Assembly: GCF_011386835.1 (NCBI RefSeq)
Contig: NC_088802.1
Span: 54,622,001-54,686,000, forward strand
Direction: 5' to 3'
Length of the DNA: 64,000 bases
Source: Chrysemys picta bellii
Lineage: Eukaryota
The position numbers were made by a program, and so were the translations under genes. The notes beneath the pieces are model-generated. The model ran no database searches, had not been told where the DNA came from, and was given only the letters and a program-made list of their open reading frames with translations. Shown here one piece after another: positions 48,618 to 60,355 of this stretch; position 1 is the stretch's first letter; the number at the start of each line of letters is the position of its first letter.

Positions 48618-48800
48618 ATGGAGATCGTCTACGTGTATGTGAAGAAGCGCAGCGAGTTTGGCCGACAATGCAACTTCTCCGACCGGCCGGCTGAGACCAA
48701 CGTGGACATCCAGCCAGACCCGAGCCAAGCCACAAACTTCATCGAGAGGGACCCCATTGATGCTGCAATACAGTGTGCCAGTGATATGTCAGAGCATGAG
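48618..48800 (+). CDS. DNAI2: Dynein axonemal intermediate chain 2, coding exon 1 ([23 protein letters not shown]...MSEHE)
   Basis: Kozak accATGg, N-terminus recognised as DNAI2/IC2. Tandem CAGCAG acceptor at 48607-48612, donor GAG|GTACAG, 183 nt. Confidence 0.96.
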
Positions 48801-50314
48801 GTACAGTTGGAGCAAACAGAGCTCTCTTTTAATGAATACTTGCTTGCAAGGCTCCCTCTGACAGGATAAGAGGGATGTGTTGCTGAGGTGGTTGCAAAAT
48901 TGGGTATGCTCCACAATGCAAGGTGCCCGTAGTCAGTGATAAACTGGAGATCTTCTGGGACCCCGTTTGTAGGAGGAGGATATAGGTATCAAGATCTCCT
49001 CTGGAAGAAATACAGTGGTGCTGCTGGTGTAATAATGGTACAGTATTCAGATAAGTTTGCAATGATATTATCTCCGGGTTCTCACCCATCCCAAAATTCA
49101 CAAGATGGAGCTAATGTTTTCATTGCTGTCTCCTGCAGGACAGTTAAGAGCTCGGAGTTTGTCTAGTGGTTAAAGCAGGAGACAGGGTTCTATTGGTTCT
49201 GATTCGCTGTGTGACCTTGGCAGCTCTAAGATGCTAAGACATAAAGTGGATTTGATCTTAGCTACCTCACAGGAAAGCAGGTGTGAGGCTCCGTGGATGT
49301 TTGTAGCATGGCTTGAGATCCTCCGAGGAGAACCACTGCCATAGCAGGAAAGAGACTAGTGTGTTGCAAACCTGGAATTCCATGAAAAAAGGGGGCGGTT
49401 GGGGGGTTCTCACTTCTCTGCAGTCAGTGATGGTAAATAAAGAAAACGATTCATGAATGATTTCTTAAGAGCTCCCAGAGTCGGACTGATCCTTTGCAAA
49501 GCCAATCTGCTCCGCTTGGGTAAGATGTGAGAAGCTACTTTGGGTTTGAACAGTGGAGAAGTAGCCAATAATTCTTCATTCCAACGCTGGCCCCGTTTGC
49601 AATCACGTCGTTGGAAACCCCTTTTCCTGTGTGCGGAGTAATAAAAGTAACAACTTTGTTAGTCCCATTTGTTAACATTCCCAGAAGAACTCTGTGCTCC
49701 CTTGTAATTTGCCCAGTATACACAATAAGGGATTGCTCAGTTATAAGGTGTAATGCTACATGATCCCCAGTGCACTCCAGTAGATGGAAGTTGAGTGAGC
49801 ACTACGGACATTTGGTGAAGTGATTGTCCATAATTCCATTGTTAGCCACAAAGGGGATTACAAGTTCAACACTTGGTTATGGCCAGAAAAGTGACTGTAA
49901 TGCTGGCAGCTTCTCCCCATCTGCGTGAGTGTGTGTTCAAGTCAGATCTGCTGATGGCACTGATGAAAATAGTGTTTACTCCCCTTTGCCGTGCAGGAGC
50001 AGTGCAGCCGGAGAGGAGTGTGCAGGGTTCCAGTCTGCTTTGTGCATCAGTAACTGAACAGCCTGTTCTATTCTGACTGTTGGCTCTTTAGTCTTGGCGA
50101 TGGCATAAGAACCAGAGAGAAGAGGACTGAGTTTTGAGAACCCAGGTGGAGTTTGCAGCACTGACAAAGCCGGGGAAATCTTGATTGGTAGTCTGAGCAC
50201 TGGCTGGATCTGGAATCAGCGAGGGAGTAAATGCTAGACCTCACGGAGCAGCTTTAAAAACCAAGCCCATCAGCTTTGTATCTTGCTTCTCTCTCTCTTT
50301 GTGTAACACTTCAG

Positions 50315-50476
50315 GTCAACACGGAGAGATTTGAGATGGAAAATGAGGGGGTTAACCACTTGGAAGGAGGGTGGCCAAAAGACGTCAACCCGCTGGAGAT
50401 GGAGCAGACCATTCGCTTCCGGAAGAAAGTGGAGAAAGATGAGAACTATGTCAACACCATCATACAGCTCGGCAGT
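50315..50476 (+). CDS. DNAI2: DNAI2 coding exon 2 ([26 protein letters not shown]...IQLGS)
   Basis: CAG| ... |GTAAGG, 162 nt. Contains the HxEGGWPKD motif. Confidence 0.97.
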
Positions 50477-50634
50477 GTAAGGCCACTGTCCCGTCCCGTC
50501 CCTTCCTCCCCCTCTGCCTGTCTGCGTGTGTTACAGCTCCCTTTCCCATCATGCTCTGCTTGCTGCCTGTCCTCCCAAGACCGTAGCTTTCCCAAATGTC
50601 ACATCACGGCTTATTTGCATGGCTTGCTTCACAG

Positions 50635-50756
50635 CTGATGGAACATTGCATCAAACAGAACAATGCGATCAATATCTACGAGGAGTACTTTGACGAGGAG
50701 GAGACAGCAGACGTAGCAGATGAGCCTCCGTCTGCAAAAACCATCAATGTCTTCAG
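50635..50756 (+). CDS. DNAI2: DNAI2 coding exon 3 ([19 protein letters not shown]...SAKTINVF)
   Basis: CAG| ... AG|GTATTG, 122 nt. Confidence 0.97.
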
Positions 50757-51180
50757 GTATTGGCAGCCAGGAGGTGCTACGCTGTGCTCTACGCATTCGC
50801 TGTTCTGTTCCAGTCCATACTGACCACTGGGCCAGCTGAGGCGGCTACTTCAGTTAAGCCTGCACTGTTAAGTTGCATTTGCTGACAGGAGCAGGCGTAA
50901 CTGAAGCAGCAGGTCCTAGCCGCAGTCCATCTCAACCAGAATGAACTGCAGGACGTCCCAGCTATTTGAATGGAAGCTCTAGGTATAGCCTTTCTCCTGA
51001 TAGAGACAGTCTCTCTCTGCACTCGGACCAACCCTGTCAATTTCATCCTTGGAGAGGAATATATAAATATAGATGCTCCTTTAGGTATTTCCAAACAATT
51101 CTTCTGGGGGTGGCAATTACTACAAGAGTTTAATGCCCCGCCTCACTCTGGTTATTTGTTCCGATCACTGAAAGCAGACT

Positions 51181-51380
51181 AGTATCAAAGGGGTAGCCGT
51201 GTTAGTCTGAATCTGTAAAAAGCAACAGAGGGTCCTGTGGCACCTAACAGAAGTATTGGGAGCATACCTGCCTCTGGAGATTTCCATTACTTGCATCTGA
51301 AGAAGTGAGGTTCTTACTCACGAAAGCTTATGCTCCCAATACTTCTGTTAGTCTCAAAGGTGCCACAGGACCCTCTGTTG
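51181..51380. mobile_element. Second Penelope-like short fold-back insertion
   Basis: The 13-bp direct repeat CTGAAAGCAGACT flanks it at 51168-51180 and 51381-51393. Same leader (gtagccgtgttagtctg) as the 4370 element. Inverted arms 51221-51266 and 51329-51382 pair with an 8-nt bulge. Confidence 0.8.
51293..51333 (+). ncRNA. Minimal type I hammerhead ribozyme-like motif (canonical CUGANGA core)
   Basis: GCAT-CTGAAGA-A-GTGAG(GTTCTTA)CTCAC-GAAA-GC-TT-ATGC. Confidence 0.65.
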
Positions 51381-51851
51381 CTGAAAGCAGACTGTTTTTC
51401 CTTCACTGTATTTTGAGCAGTAATTAACATGTCCTTCAAAAACCAGTCAAATAATGTTCATATGGGGAGGATCTAATGGACTTGGGGTATTATGGGGCTC
51501 TTCAGTGAGTATCCCAGGTTTTAATATCTTTTGTATCACACAGTGTCAAAGGAATCTTCCTTCTTTTGTTTCTCGAAGATTTTTTTCAGTGTTAGGGCCT
51601 GAGTAGTAACTTTTAAAAGTTAGATTCCGGAATGTAATTGAATTTCTATAAATTTCTAACTGGAAAGGTTTATTAGCTCATCTAGGTCTTCCTTTCACAA
51701 CCCACTGCAGGATTGTTTCCTGTAATCAATACTCAAGGGTTTTAACCTGTTTTAATTGAGGTTCCTGCCACATCCCTTGGGCAACTATTGCATAGCCTGG
51801 AGCATGACAGAATTGTTAGCAAGTTAATGCTATTGTTTTATTATCAAAAAG

Positions 51852-51994
51852 GGATCCAAATGTAATCAAAAGGACAGCCACGCATCTCTCCTGGCACCCA
51901 GATGGAAGCAAGAAGCTGGCAGTAGCTTATTCCAGCCTGGAGTTCCAACGAAGCTCTAAAGATATGAGCTATGAGTCATACATATGGGATCTTG
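51852..51994 (+). CDS. DNAI2: DNAI2 coding exon 4 ([32 protein letters not shown]...SYIWDL)
   Basis: AAG| acceptor, donor G|GTAAGA, 143 nt. WD40 region. Confidence 0.95.
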
Positions 51995-52219
51995 GTAAGA
52001 AGGAAAAATGCTAGAGTTAGTCATGCTTGCCACTAACATGGTCCTTCATGTCTATTAAGTGCTCTGAAAGTATTAACTAACTAATCCTCACAACACCCTC
52101 CGGGGAGAGTAGAGAGGAGGTTGACTCCCGTTTTACACATGGGGAAATGAGAATTGGGGTTTAAGGTATCTGAACCCTGACCAAAATATGGAAAACAACC
52201 TATAAAGACCCACTCTCTG

Positions 52220-52842
52220 CAGGGCCGGATTTACACCTTACGTGCCACTAGGCACAGCATCTTCAGGACCCCCACTGCCTACAGCTGACCTTGGTGTTTT
52301 TCGTAAAAAATGAAACGAAAAGAAATATAAACACAGCCTCCCTGGGAAGGCACGAGACCCTCCACCACGCATGGCAATCCCAGCCTGAGCCGGGGCGCAG
52401 CCCACCTGCCCCAGGAAAGGTGCAAGGGGGGGGCGGACTGTACCTTTTTCATGGCGAGCAGTCCCCAGGTGTCTTCTGTCCCTCCCGCAGCCTGGCGCGG
52501 AAGCCGCGCTCCAGCTCTGCCCATGTAAATGAATGAGGCATTGGCCACGCCCCTCCCTCTCCCTCACTGGCATGGGGTGGAGGCAACAGGGTGGCTGAGA
52601 TTGGGAAGGGGCTGGGATGCTCCCAGCCAGCACCTTCAGCAGCCACGGCTCACAGCGCCCCCAGGCGGGCTAATTTGGATGCTCACCCTGCTCCAGCCCC
52701 ACACGCTGGGCAGCCACCAACCCACACCAGGAGCCTGGCCGCCCCCAGGGGAGCTGTATGTGTTAACTTTTAACCCACTTTTAACTTTTAGGCGCCCCTA
52801 GAACACCGGCGCCCCCAGTGCCTAATTGGAAATCCGGCCCTT
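52220..52842. mobile_element. Non-autonomous hAT DNA transposon
   Basis: TIRs CAGGGCCGGATTT and AAATCCGGCCCTT. The 8-bp TSD ACTCTCTG lies at 52212-52219 and 52843-52850. Confidence 0.88.
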
Positions 52843-53850
52843 ACTCTCTGGCTTCCCAGGATAGAGCCCTTCTCACTTTTCCCAATGAGCTCAGTTACAC
52901 TTTCCAGACACGCTGGATTGTTGAAGTAACTTAATTGCCCATTCTGTTAAAAAACAAGAAGCAACAGAAGCCCTGGGTTGGGAAAATGGTCTTGCTGTGG
53001 AACTTCCCAGGTGGATAGAACTTCAGTGCAGTGGGGACGGGACGGGGGTGTGAGAGAGATGTGGACGTTAGAAGCAGGACTCAGTCCACCACTGAAAAAC
53101 AAAAGGATGGCAAGCAAACGGGGCAGTGGCAGTGGAGTGTGAGGAATGGACACCTCTTCCTCCCGCCATCCTTTCACATGTGACTAGACCTTTCACAGCC
53201 ACAGGGGGCTGCAACCCCAATCTGACAGATAAGGGAGCTGGATACCTTCCTTCTTCTCCCAGCTGTCTGTCTAGTGACTTGCATTCCCAGCAGCTCGGAG
53301 CTTCTCGGTAATGGTCCCATCTGCTTTTTTTTCCCCTTTAGAAGCAAGGTGCTAAATGGGAGAAGAGTCCTGCAGAATGGAGGCAGAAAGCGAGCACTCA
53401 ATGCAACACTCCTCCTCTTTCTGCCCCAAGACATGGCATGGCTAATAGTCTGTTTTGGGGGGAGACGATAAGGTGCATTTTTATCTGAGACAGAGAGAGG
53501 AATTGCTGGTCTATTTCAGGCCCAGAACTGGAAGACAGGGCTCCTGGGTTCTCTTCCTGGCTGCTGTGATACCTTGGGCAAGTCATTTCCTCTCTCTACC
53601 TCCGCCTGTACAACGGAGAGAATTCAGGTGACGAGTGCTGCAGAGGTGCTAGACAGAGATTACTCCAGAGGAGTACATTGTAGTAATGGTTTCTACCCTG
53701 CCTCTCGCTAGCATTGATGCTGGGCAGACATGGGTGCTGGAGGTCACTGGCTAGTGTCCAGCATTCCTGAGCTGAATTAGTTGGAAATGTTACTTTCCTT
53801 CTGGGCTTCACTCAAACTTTGCTTTTCTCTGTTTTGTCCCTTCCCGATAG

Positions 53851-53964
53851 AAAATCCCAACAGACCAGACCTGGTTCTCAGGCCATCATCCCCACTTGTG
53901 AGCCTGGAATACAACCCCAAAGACTCTCACATCCTGGTTGGAGGATGCTATAATGGACAGATCG
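53851..53964 (+). CDS. DNAI2: DNAI2 coding exon 5 ([37 protein letters not shown])
   Basis: TAG| ... G|GTAAGG, 114 nt, phase 1 to 1. Confidence 0.97.
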
Positions 53965-55813
53965 GTAAGGGACATGGATTGTATATAAAGCAACACTACC
54001 AGGGGAACTGCTTAATTTTAATTCTGCGCTAGCCTTGCTCCAGTGCTAATCTGCACAAAGACTCCTTAGTGTCATTAGCTCCAAGGCCTGGAATACTGAA
54101 TTGGAATCGGAGCCCTGGGACTGGCATGACTCATGAGATAACACACGTTCACCTGATTAGGCAGCAGGTGGTGGCCGTGCAGGCTATGTGGCTAGATAAT
54201 TCACCGTGATGCGATTGTGATCCGGGGGAAGCCAATTCTGTCAGTGGCGGAGGTGGGTCGCCCTGGACGAAGAGGCTGTGTTATTTCCTAGAACACCCAC
54301 TTTAAAAAAAGGTGGCCATTTCATCTGCTTATCCCTCAAAACGTGTCAGGCACTTTCCAGGTGGGAAACAGACACGGATGTAGCTGGAGGAATGTTCTGA
54401 ATTACTAAGTAACTTCAGTGCTAGTGAAATCAGCAGTCCCTGGGGACCAGAGGCTCATGCTTGTCCATAAAACAGGTACAGCCCAAACAGTGTCAGTAAG
54501 AGCTTCCTGTGCCCTCTACACGCACTCCCTGGCACCAGTGTGACTCAGCCCCATTATGGAGAATGGGCAGGTGGGGCTCTGTGTCCATCCAGTCTGCCTG
54601 TGGGCGCTTGTCCCTTCTGCCTCTCACCTGCTGGAGTCAGTGCAGTGGGGACAGGAGGGGTGTGTGTGAGAGAGATGTGGACATTAGAAGCAGAACTGTG
54701 TCCACCAACACCCATCAACATTTTATTTATTGTCAGCAGTAGCCCAGATGTATCCCATTGACATCAGTGGGGGAACCTCCCTGTCCCCCACCCTGGGATG
54801 ACTCTGATCCATTGTGTTCAAATAGCTACCATCGCCAACACAAATGTTCTCTCTGGCGATGCCCTGGGCATGTCTTTGCTAACCAGAGCGTCCTTCCCGG
54901 CGGCACGGCTGTAGATACACTGTCTCATCAAGCAGGCTAGAGTTGAGGACAGGAGGCTGTGTTGTCGAGCCCACGTGCTGTACAGAACACTGTGTATCAG
55001 GTAGCTGCTGGTGGATAGTGTTACCTGCTATTGCTCGCTTCCCCGCTGAAGTGCCTCGGGAAGTGAGCGGTGGCATTAGAAAAGCTTGGAATAATTGCCT
55101 TCATTTCATTTGGAGAATAATTTTTGTTCCCTTGTTTTAAACATTAAAAGAGGCTCCCCCTTTGCCAGATCCGTGTAAGAGTCTATTGTTTATTCAGCCA
55201 CGCAAGCCTTTCAATTTAATTACGCTCATTTTTATGTTTTCGCTGCCCTTTGCAGCTGCAATCTGATCTGGCAGGGCATACATTAGAAGGGCATTATCAT
55301 GCGCTCCTTAGGTGATGGAAGAGAGAGTCGATTTCACCTCATCCTTCACAGGGCTCCCCAGGCGTGCAGCTGATGGCCCAGCAGAGCACAAGCTGTCACA
55401 TTCAATTGTTTAATTATAACCGAGCAAGAGCAAGCGAGTGCCCCTCTGCCACGTCCGCAGAGAATCAACCCGGATGCCTAATCCTGGCCAAAGCAGGGCC
55501 GGGCAAGTCATTTACACCCAAAATGGAAGCTGCCTTTGTGCTGCACTAGAGATTCCCCTCAGCAGCATCTGTGCCTGTCTGACGCAGAGATGTGCGTCTA
55601 TAACACCCACTGTTTACGTAGGACCTCCGCTGATTTGTGCTCCTGCAGAGCCGTTAGAGGGTGCATGAGTTACAGGCTGTGGAGTGGCTGGATTTAGAAG
55701 GGCCAGGCACCCAGACCACCAGCTGGAGTAGATGGGAACTGGGGTGTGGCTGCATACATCTCTACTGGGGATAGTGGTCATCCCCTGCCTCTCCAAGGGC
55801 AGTTGGGACACTT

Positions 55814-55985
55814 GGACTTTCCTACACTGGAGTTTTTGGCTGCTGGCGTAGCTGCATCAGTGACTTGCTTACGCCAGCTTCAGGCTGCCCCGGGGAACCC
55901 ACAGTTTAGCCTTTATTCAGCCCATCCACACTAGGAGTTGCAACAGTTTATTGGCAGCTAAAAACCCCCAGTGTAGGCGAGGCCC
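55814..55985. mobile_element. Short MITE-like inverted-repeat element
   Basis: ggactttcctacactggagtttttggctgc pairs imperfectly with ggcagctaaaaacccccagtgtaggcgaggccc. Confidence 0.5.
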
Positions 55986-56293
55986 AAATCAGTGGCTGGT
56001 TTGATGGCTCTTTTGCCATGAAATGCACAACGTAAGTGCCAGGTAGTCGCAAACCCTGCTCCTTATTCCTGGCATCACTGGGGCGCTGCTGAAGTGATAG
56101 CCGAAGGAAGACAAACTCCACGTTCTCTTCATCCCGTTAGAAAGCACCGAGAGGAGAAACAACCCAGGGGAGCCAGGTGGAGCAGAACCAAAACGCTGGG
56201 GGGAAATGGTTATTCGCCAGGTCCTCTCTGGGAACTGCAACCAATGGAGCGGGGCAGGGGATATGACAACTGACAGTCTCCTCCCCTTCACAG

Positions 56294-56433
56294 CTTACTG
56301 GGACACCAGGAAAGGAGGACAGCCGGTGGAGCTTTCCACCGTAGAATTCAGCCACAGGGACCCCGTGTATGGAATGATCTGGCTTCAATCCAAAACTGGC
56401 ACAGAGTGTTTCTCCGCCTCTACCGATGGGCAG
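56294..56433 (+). CDS. DNAI2: DNAI2 coding exon 6 ([25 protein letters not shown]...SASTDGQ)
   Basis: CAG| ... AG|GTAAAG, 140 nt. Confidence 0.97.
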
Positions 56434-56745
56434 GTAAAGGCCAAGAGACAAGGCGGGCTGTGGTCTCTGCACGGCCAGCGCTTGGCATCACCAAACGGCC
56501 ACGTTGGACTTGGTAGCACTGACAGTCTCTGCTCCGAGGAGAGCACTCTACTGCCTCCCACCCACAGAGAGGAAGCGTGGATGTACGTGTGTCCTGCCAT
56601 TGCAGGTCCAGTCATTCATGTGTTTGAGTCCAGAGCCGCTGCTACCTGATGCTGGGTAGTAAAAATGCCAGCATCTCTGTACGAGAGAGACACTCTGGGG
56701 ATTATGAGAGCGAGCGGCTCTGATGTCTCCCATCCCCTCCGCCAG

Positions 56746-56868
56746 GTCCTGTGGTGGGATATCCGTAAGCTGACTGAGCCAACCGAGACACTGGTGATGG
56801 ACATCAGCAGGAAAGGAGTCTTGGAGAACGCTTTAGGAGCCATCGCGCTGGAGTTTGAACCAACCATG
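56746..56868 (+). CDS. DNAI2: DNAI2 coding exon 7 ([14 protein letters not shown]...LEFEPTM)
   Basis: CAG| ... TG|GTGAGT, 123 nt. Confidence 0.97.
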
Positions 56869-57114
56869 GTGAGTGCCGCTTGCTGTCTTTCCCACCAGAG
56901 CTCACGTTGGAGGCTTTGTCCTGTGGTAGCCATTGTTCCAAAGACCTCAGGCGTCCCATGTCACTTCCCACTCAGGCTAAGGGTGCAGTGCTGCTAGGCC
57001 AGAAGCATGGTGGGCAGGATGCAACGCTTCAGGGAAGACGTACCCAGCGGTGGAATCCTTAGGCACCGGCTTGGGTTGTGGCCAAGGGGATGGGGAGGAG
57101 GGAACGTACATGTC

Positions 57115-59198
57115 TGTTGTATTAATTTAGATGGAATAAATGGGCCAAAATTACTGTCTGACATTAACCAGTGTTAAATGAGGTCTGGGGTTTGGTATAC
57201 AGAGGCATTTGCTTGCTTAGTACTCTGGTAAACACTCGGTTAGGAATCCTTTTAACCTTTTATTAAAGATGCAGCAAAGAAGAGCAAACGGTAAAAACCT
57301 TTGAAGTGCTAAATGAGGCTTTCATTTTAAAACAGCCCTTGTTCCCTTTCCCTTAGCTGGAGAGTCTTTAAAGGGAACCCCCCTTGTTTGACAGGCTCTT
57401 AGATGGCATTGTCGTGGTCAAAGACACCCACGCAGTGATTTTAGTTCAAAGACTCAAGCCTGAGGCCAGTTTACTGACATACATACCAGTGCACTGGGGT
57501 GCAGTCCAAAGACTGACACACCGAGGACCGCTCGCAGGCGGGTTTTTATTTCGTTAAACCACAAGCAAAGTACAAACAGTACGTCATGAGTTAAGAAACT
57601 AGGGTTGGGGTCAGTCCCCCCCCCAAATCGCAAGTTAAGAAATTAGGGTCGGGGTCAGTTCCCCCCCCTTCCCCCCTGGTACCTTCCTCATTAATTTCCG
57701 AGAAGTGGGTGTTTATTTGGGTAGAGGGGCGCTTGGTGGTTTTCCCCAGGGGTGGTACTTGGCACCAGTTTGGGTACATTTCTCAAGACACGTGTTATTT
57801 TCCGGGGTCTTTTGGTTAAAGATTTGGGGGGGGGGTTTCCATGGGACGCCTAAAGAGGCTATGATTGGCTATTTTTGCAGATAGCTGGAATCACGGAGTG
57901 GGTCACAGATCACCCAAAGGAGAAGCTGCATGAGTCAAGAAATTGCATTTAGCTAAAGTTACCTATTGCTTCACACAAGTGGTTATTATATTTCATTAGT
58001 CATGAACATAGTTCATTAGTGCTGCTGCTGGGGCTTTTTGTTATTCTTTCCCTCCTTGCCCCCCCTCCCCTCTGGTCATGACCCTTGACCGCGTTTGGCA
58101 GGGAATTGTGCAGTCTAGTCTAGTTCAGGCCCTGGCTTGGGCCCTGGCCTGTACTGCTTTGTGTAAGGGTAGTTAGCATAACAGATCTCTGTTGGAGGGT
58201 TTATTTTGGGGCTTTCAGATTCACAGCTCTGGCTATGAAAAAGAAGGTCCCCCCTGCTCTATTTCCCCACAGCATTAAAGCTGGTAATAATTGTTCTTTT
58301 GGGAGAAAAGAGAATAAGTGAGTTGAGCTGGGCTGGAGCTGGCATTGTCACTGTTGTTGTTAAAGTTCAGTCCCATTTCCTTTATTAAACGAAACATGAC
58401 AGATACCCGGAAAAGGGGGCGAGAAAAGAACAGCTTCTGTCTCTGACGTTGACTCTCACTTGCAGTCTCGCTGCTGGAAAAACACCGGCACAGAACATGG
58501 TCTTATCAGCCACTCCAAGTTCCGGCAAACTTTTACCAGCATGGAGCAGTTTAGGGCATTTGGTTTAGCTGCCTTTTTGGTCAGAGGCTGTCAGCAGTAT
58601 TGTGAAATGTACCGTCTTGGGATGGCTCAGCCAGACTCTTATTACACAGAAGGAAAGAGAGAGAGAGGAAAGAGAAGAAATAAGGCAGGGAAGGAAAAGG
58701 ACACACGGAGGTGTGGGGAGAGAGGGAGAGACACACACACCCAGATGGTGTTTGGGATTCAGCCAGGGGGAAGTGGCGGCATCAGCTGAGTCCCTCTCTC
58801 TGCCCCACTCTGGCCAGGACATTTCTCAGGATTAGAATTAAGGTGGTCCAGGGTCCCAAGAGGCGGTGGGGATGGTAGCCATGATGGTGAAGCTCACTCC
58901 AGCAGACTGTTTTTCTCCCAAAGTCTTTCTTCGAGGACCCCACAAGGCTGTAATGGGCAGAATAGCCTGTCCACTCATTATTTTGTCCACCAGTTAGGCC
59001 TAGTTTCCAACGCATCAGTTGTGGTTCACTGATTTCTGGTTCCACACTTTTCTCGTTTACTCAGCATGATCTTAACACAGTCCTTGAGCTATATCAGGAG
59101 GCCTTTGTGTTTGGACTAATTCAGTCTGTCTGCCTCTGCAGCTTTCCCCATCAGCACTTGTTATTACCGGTTACTGGGACATCTTATGAACTTTCACA
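57115..59198 (-). mobile_element. LTR-like element (~1.2 kb net) interrupted by a younger solo LTR
   Basis: TG...CA termini. The sequence resumes coherently across the insert (agatggcat | taaagctggtaataa). No TSD found; strand and class are inferred from memory. Confidence 0.45.
57410..58271 (-). mobile_element. Solo LTR, 862 bp
   Basis: TG...CA ends (minus strand begins TGTGGGGAAATAG). 4-bp TSD GCAT at 57406-57409 and 58272-58275. Minus-strand AATAAA at 57545-57550. Internal ~43-bp direct duplication near 57590-57670. Confidence 0.8.
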
Positions 59199-59246
59199 CA
59201 CTCCCGACAGCTGAGCTCACAGTTAGGGTGAGCAGGGGCTGAAGAG

Positions 59247-60355
59247 CGTGAGTACCAATTTCAGGGCAGACTATTAGGAACCAGGGCATGATTGTTCACC
59301 TTATTGTTCACCAACCAATTACCAAGTACAAACTCCCCAGGCACTATAACGGCCGTAACACGGAGTCACAGACAGTTCTCTTGGGTACGCCGATCTGCCT
59401 CACCACCCAAGTCAGCCTGCCTTTGCGATAGATGGTCCCTTACACCAAGAACCACAGCAATATTCAGGTTACTCCCAGCCCCAAAGGACCAGTCACTTAC
59501 CCCAGGTCAGTTGCACCTTAGATCTCACACCAAAGACAACGCTTGTAGCCAATGCTATAATAAACTATCTAAAGATTTATTAAATCAGAAAAGGAAACCA
59601 GAGGGTTATTTACAAGGTGAAAGCAGGTCGACATAGAAACACAAATGAATTACAATCTTAAGTTTCAAAAGATAGTAGAAACTTCTATAATAAGCAAACT
59701 CTACGTGTTGTTTAGAGCTAACTCAGTCTCCGCAGCTGGGGATCTCTTGCTTATGCCTAGAAAAACTTGCCTCCCCAGAGTCCCACGCAGCACAGAGATA
59801 ATCAGTTCCTCTTCATTAGGGGTTTTATTCTCTTCTTCACCTGCTCTTTTGGTTGCAAAGCTCAGCTGATGGGTGGAGTCCGAGCCATGACTTATCTTCA
59901 TGGGGAGGAGGCAGAATAACAGAAAAAGTCTTTTGTCCTCTCCCTGACGGTATGTAGGGAAATTCCAGCTGCTGCATCCCACAATAGCCCATCTGATATT
60001 GATGGACTTTTCCTGTTGGGAAGGGCATGACACCTTCTGTTGAAGGTCAACCCGTCACACTAGTTAATGTCTCTCTCCTGTCTGGTGATTGACACAGTCA
60101 CTGAGGTTCACAATACAACTGCTCAAATATTACTTTACAATAGGGGATGTGGATGCTATAAGTGAGCTTAATGCCGGCTGCAAGTCCCAAATATTCAATA
60201 AAGTCTAAACACTAAATGCATTTGTAAAACTCTCATACCTATTTTAACAATACTAACTCCGTTGAGCCAGACAGATGCCTGCTAAGTATTTGTCAGTGTT
60301 CAACTGAGACCGGGGGACCTTGGCATGAGCTCGCACCTGGCCTGCCAGCATCGCC
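59247..60355 (-). mobile_element. ~1.1-kb LTR-like repeat
   Basis: Ends gtgagtaccaatttcagggcaga and ggcatgagctcgcacctggcctgccagcatcgc match a common turtle LTR-like family recalled from memory. Termini are mutated and no TSD was seen. Confidence 0.5.

Noticed and set aside
49160-49260. tRNA gene
   Set aside because: Only A-box-like gtctagtggtt followed by SINE core sequence. No cloverleaf can be formed.
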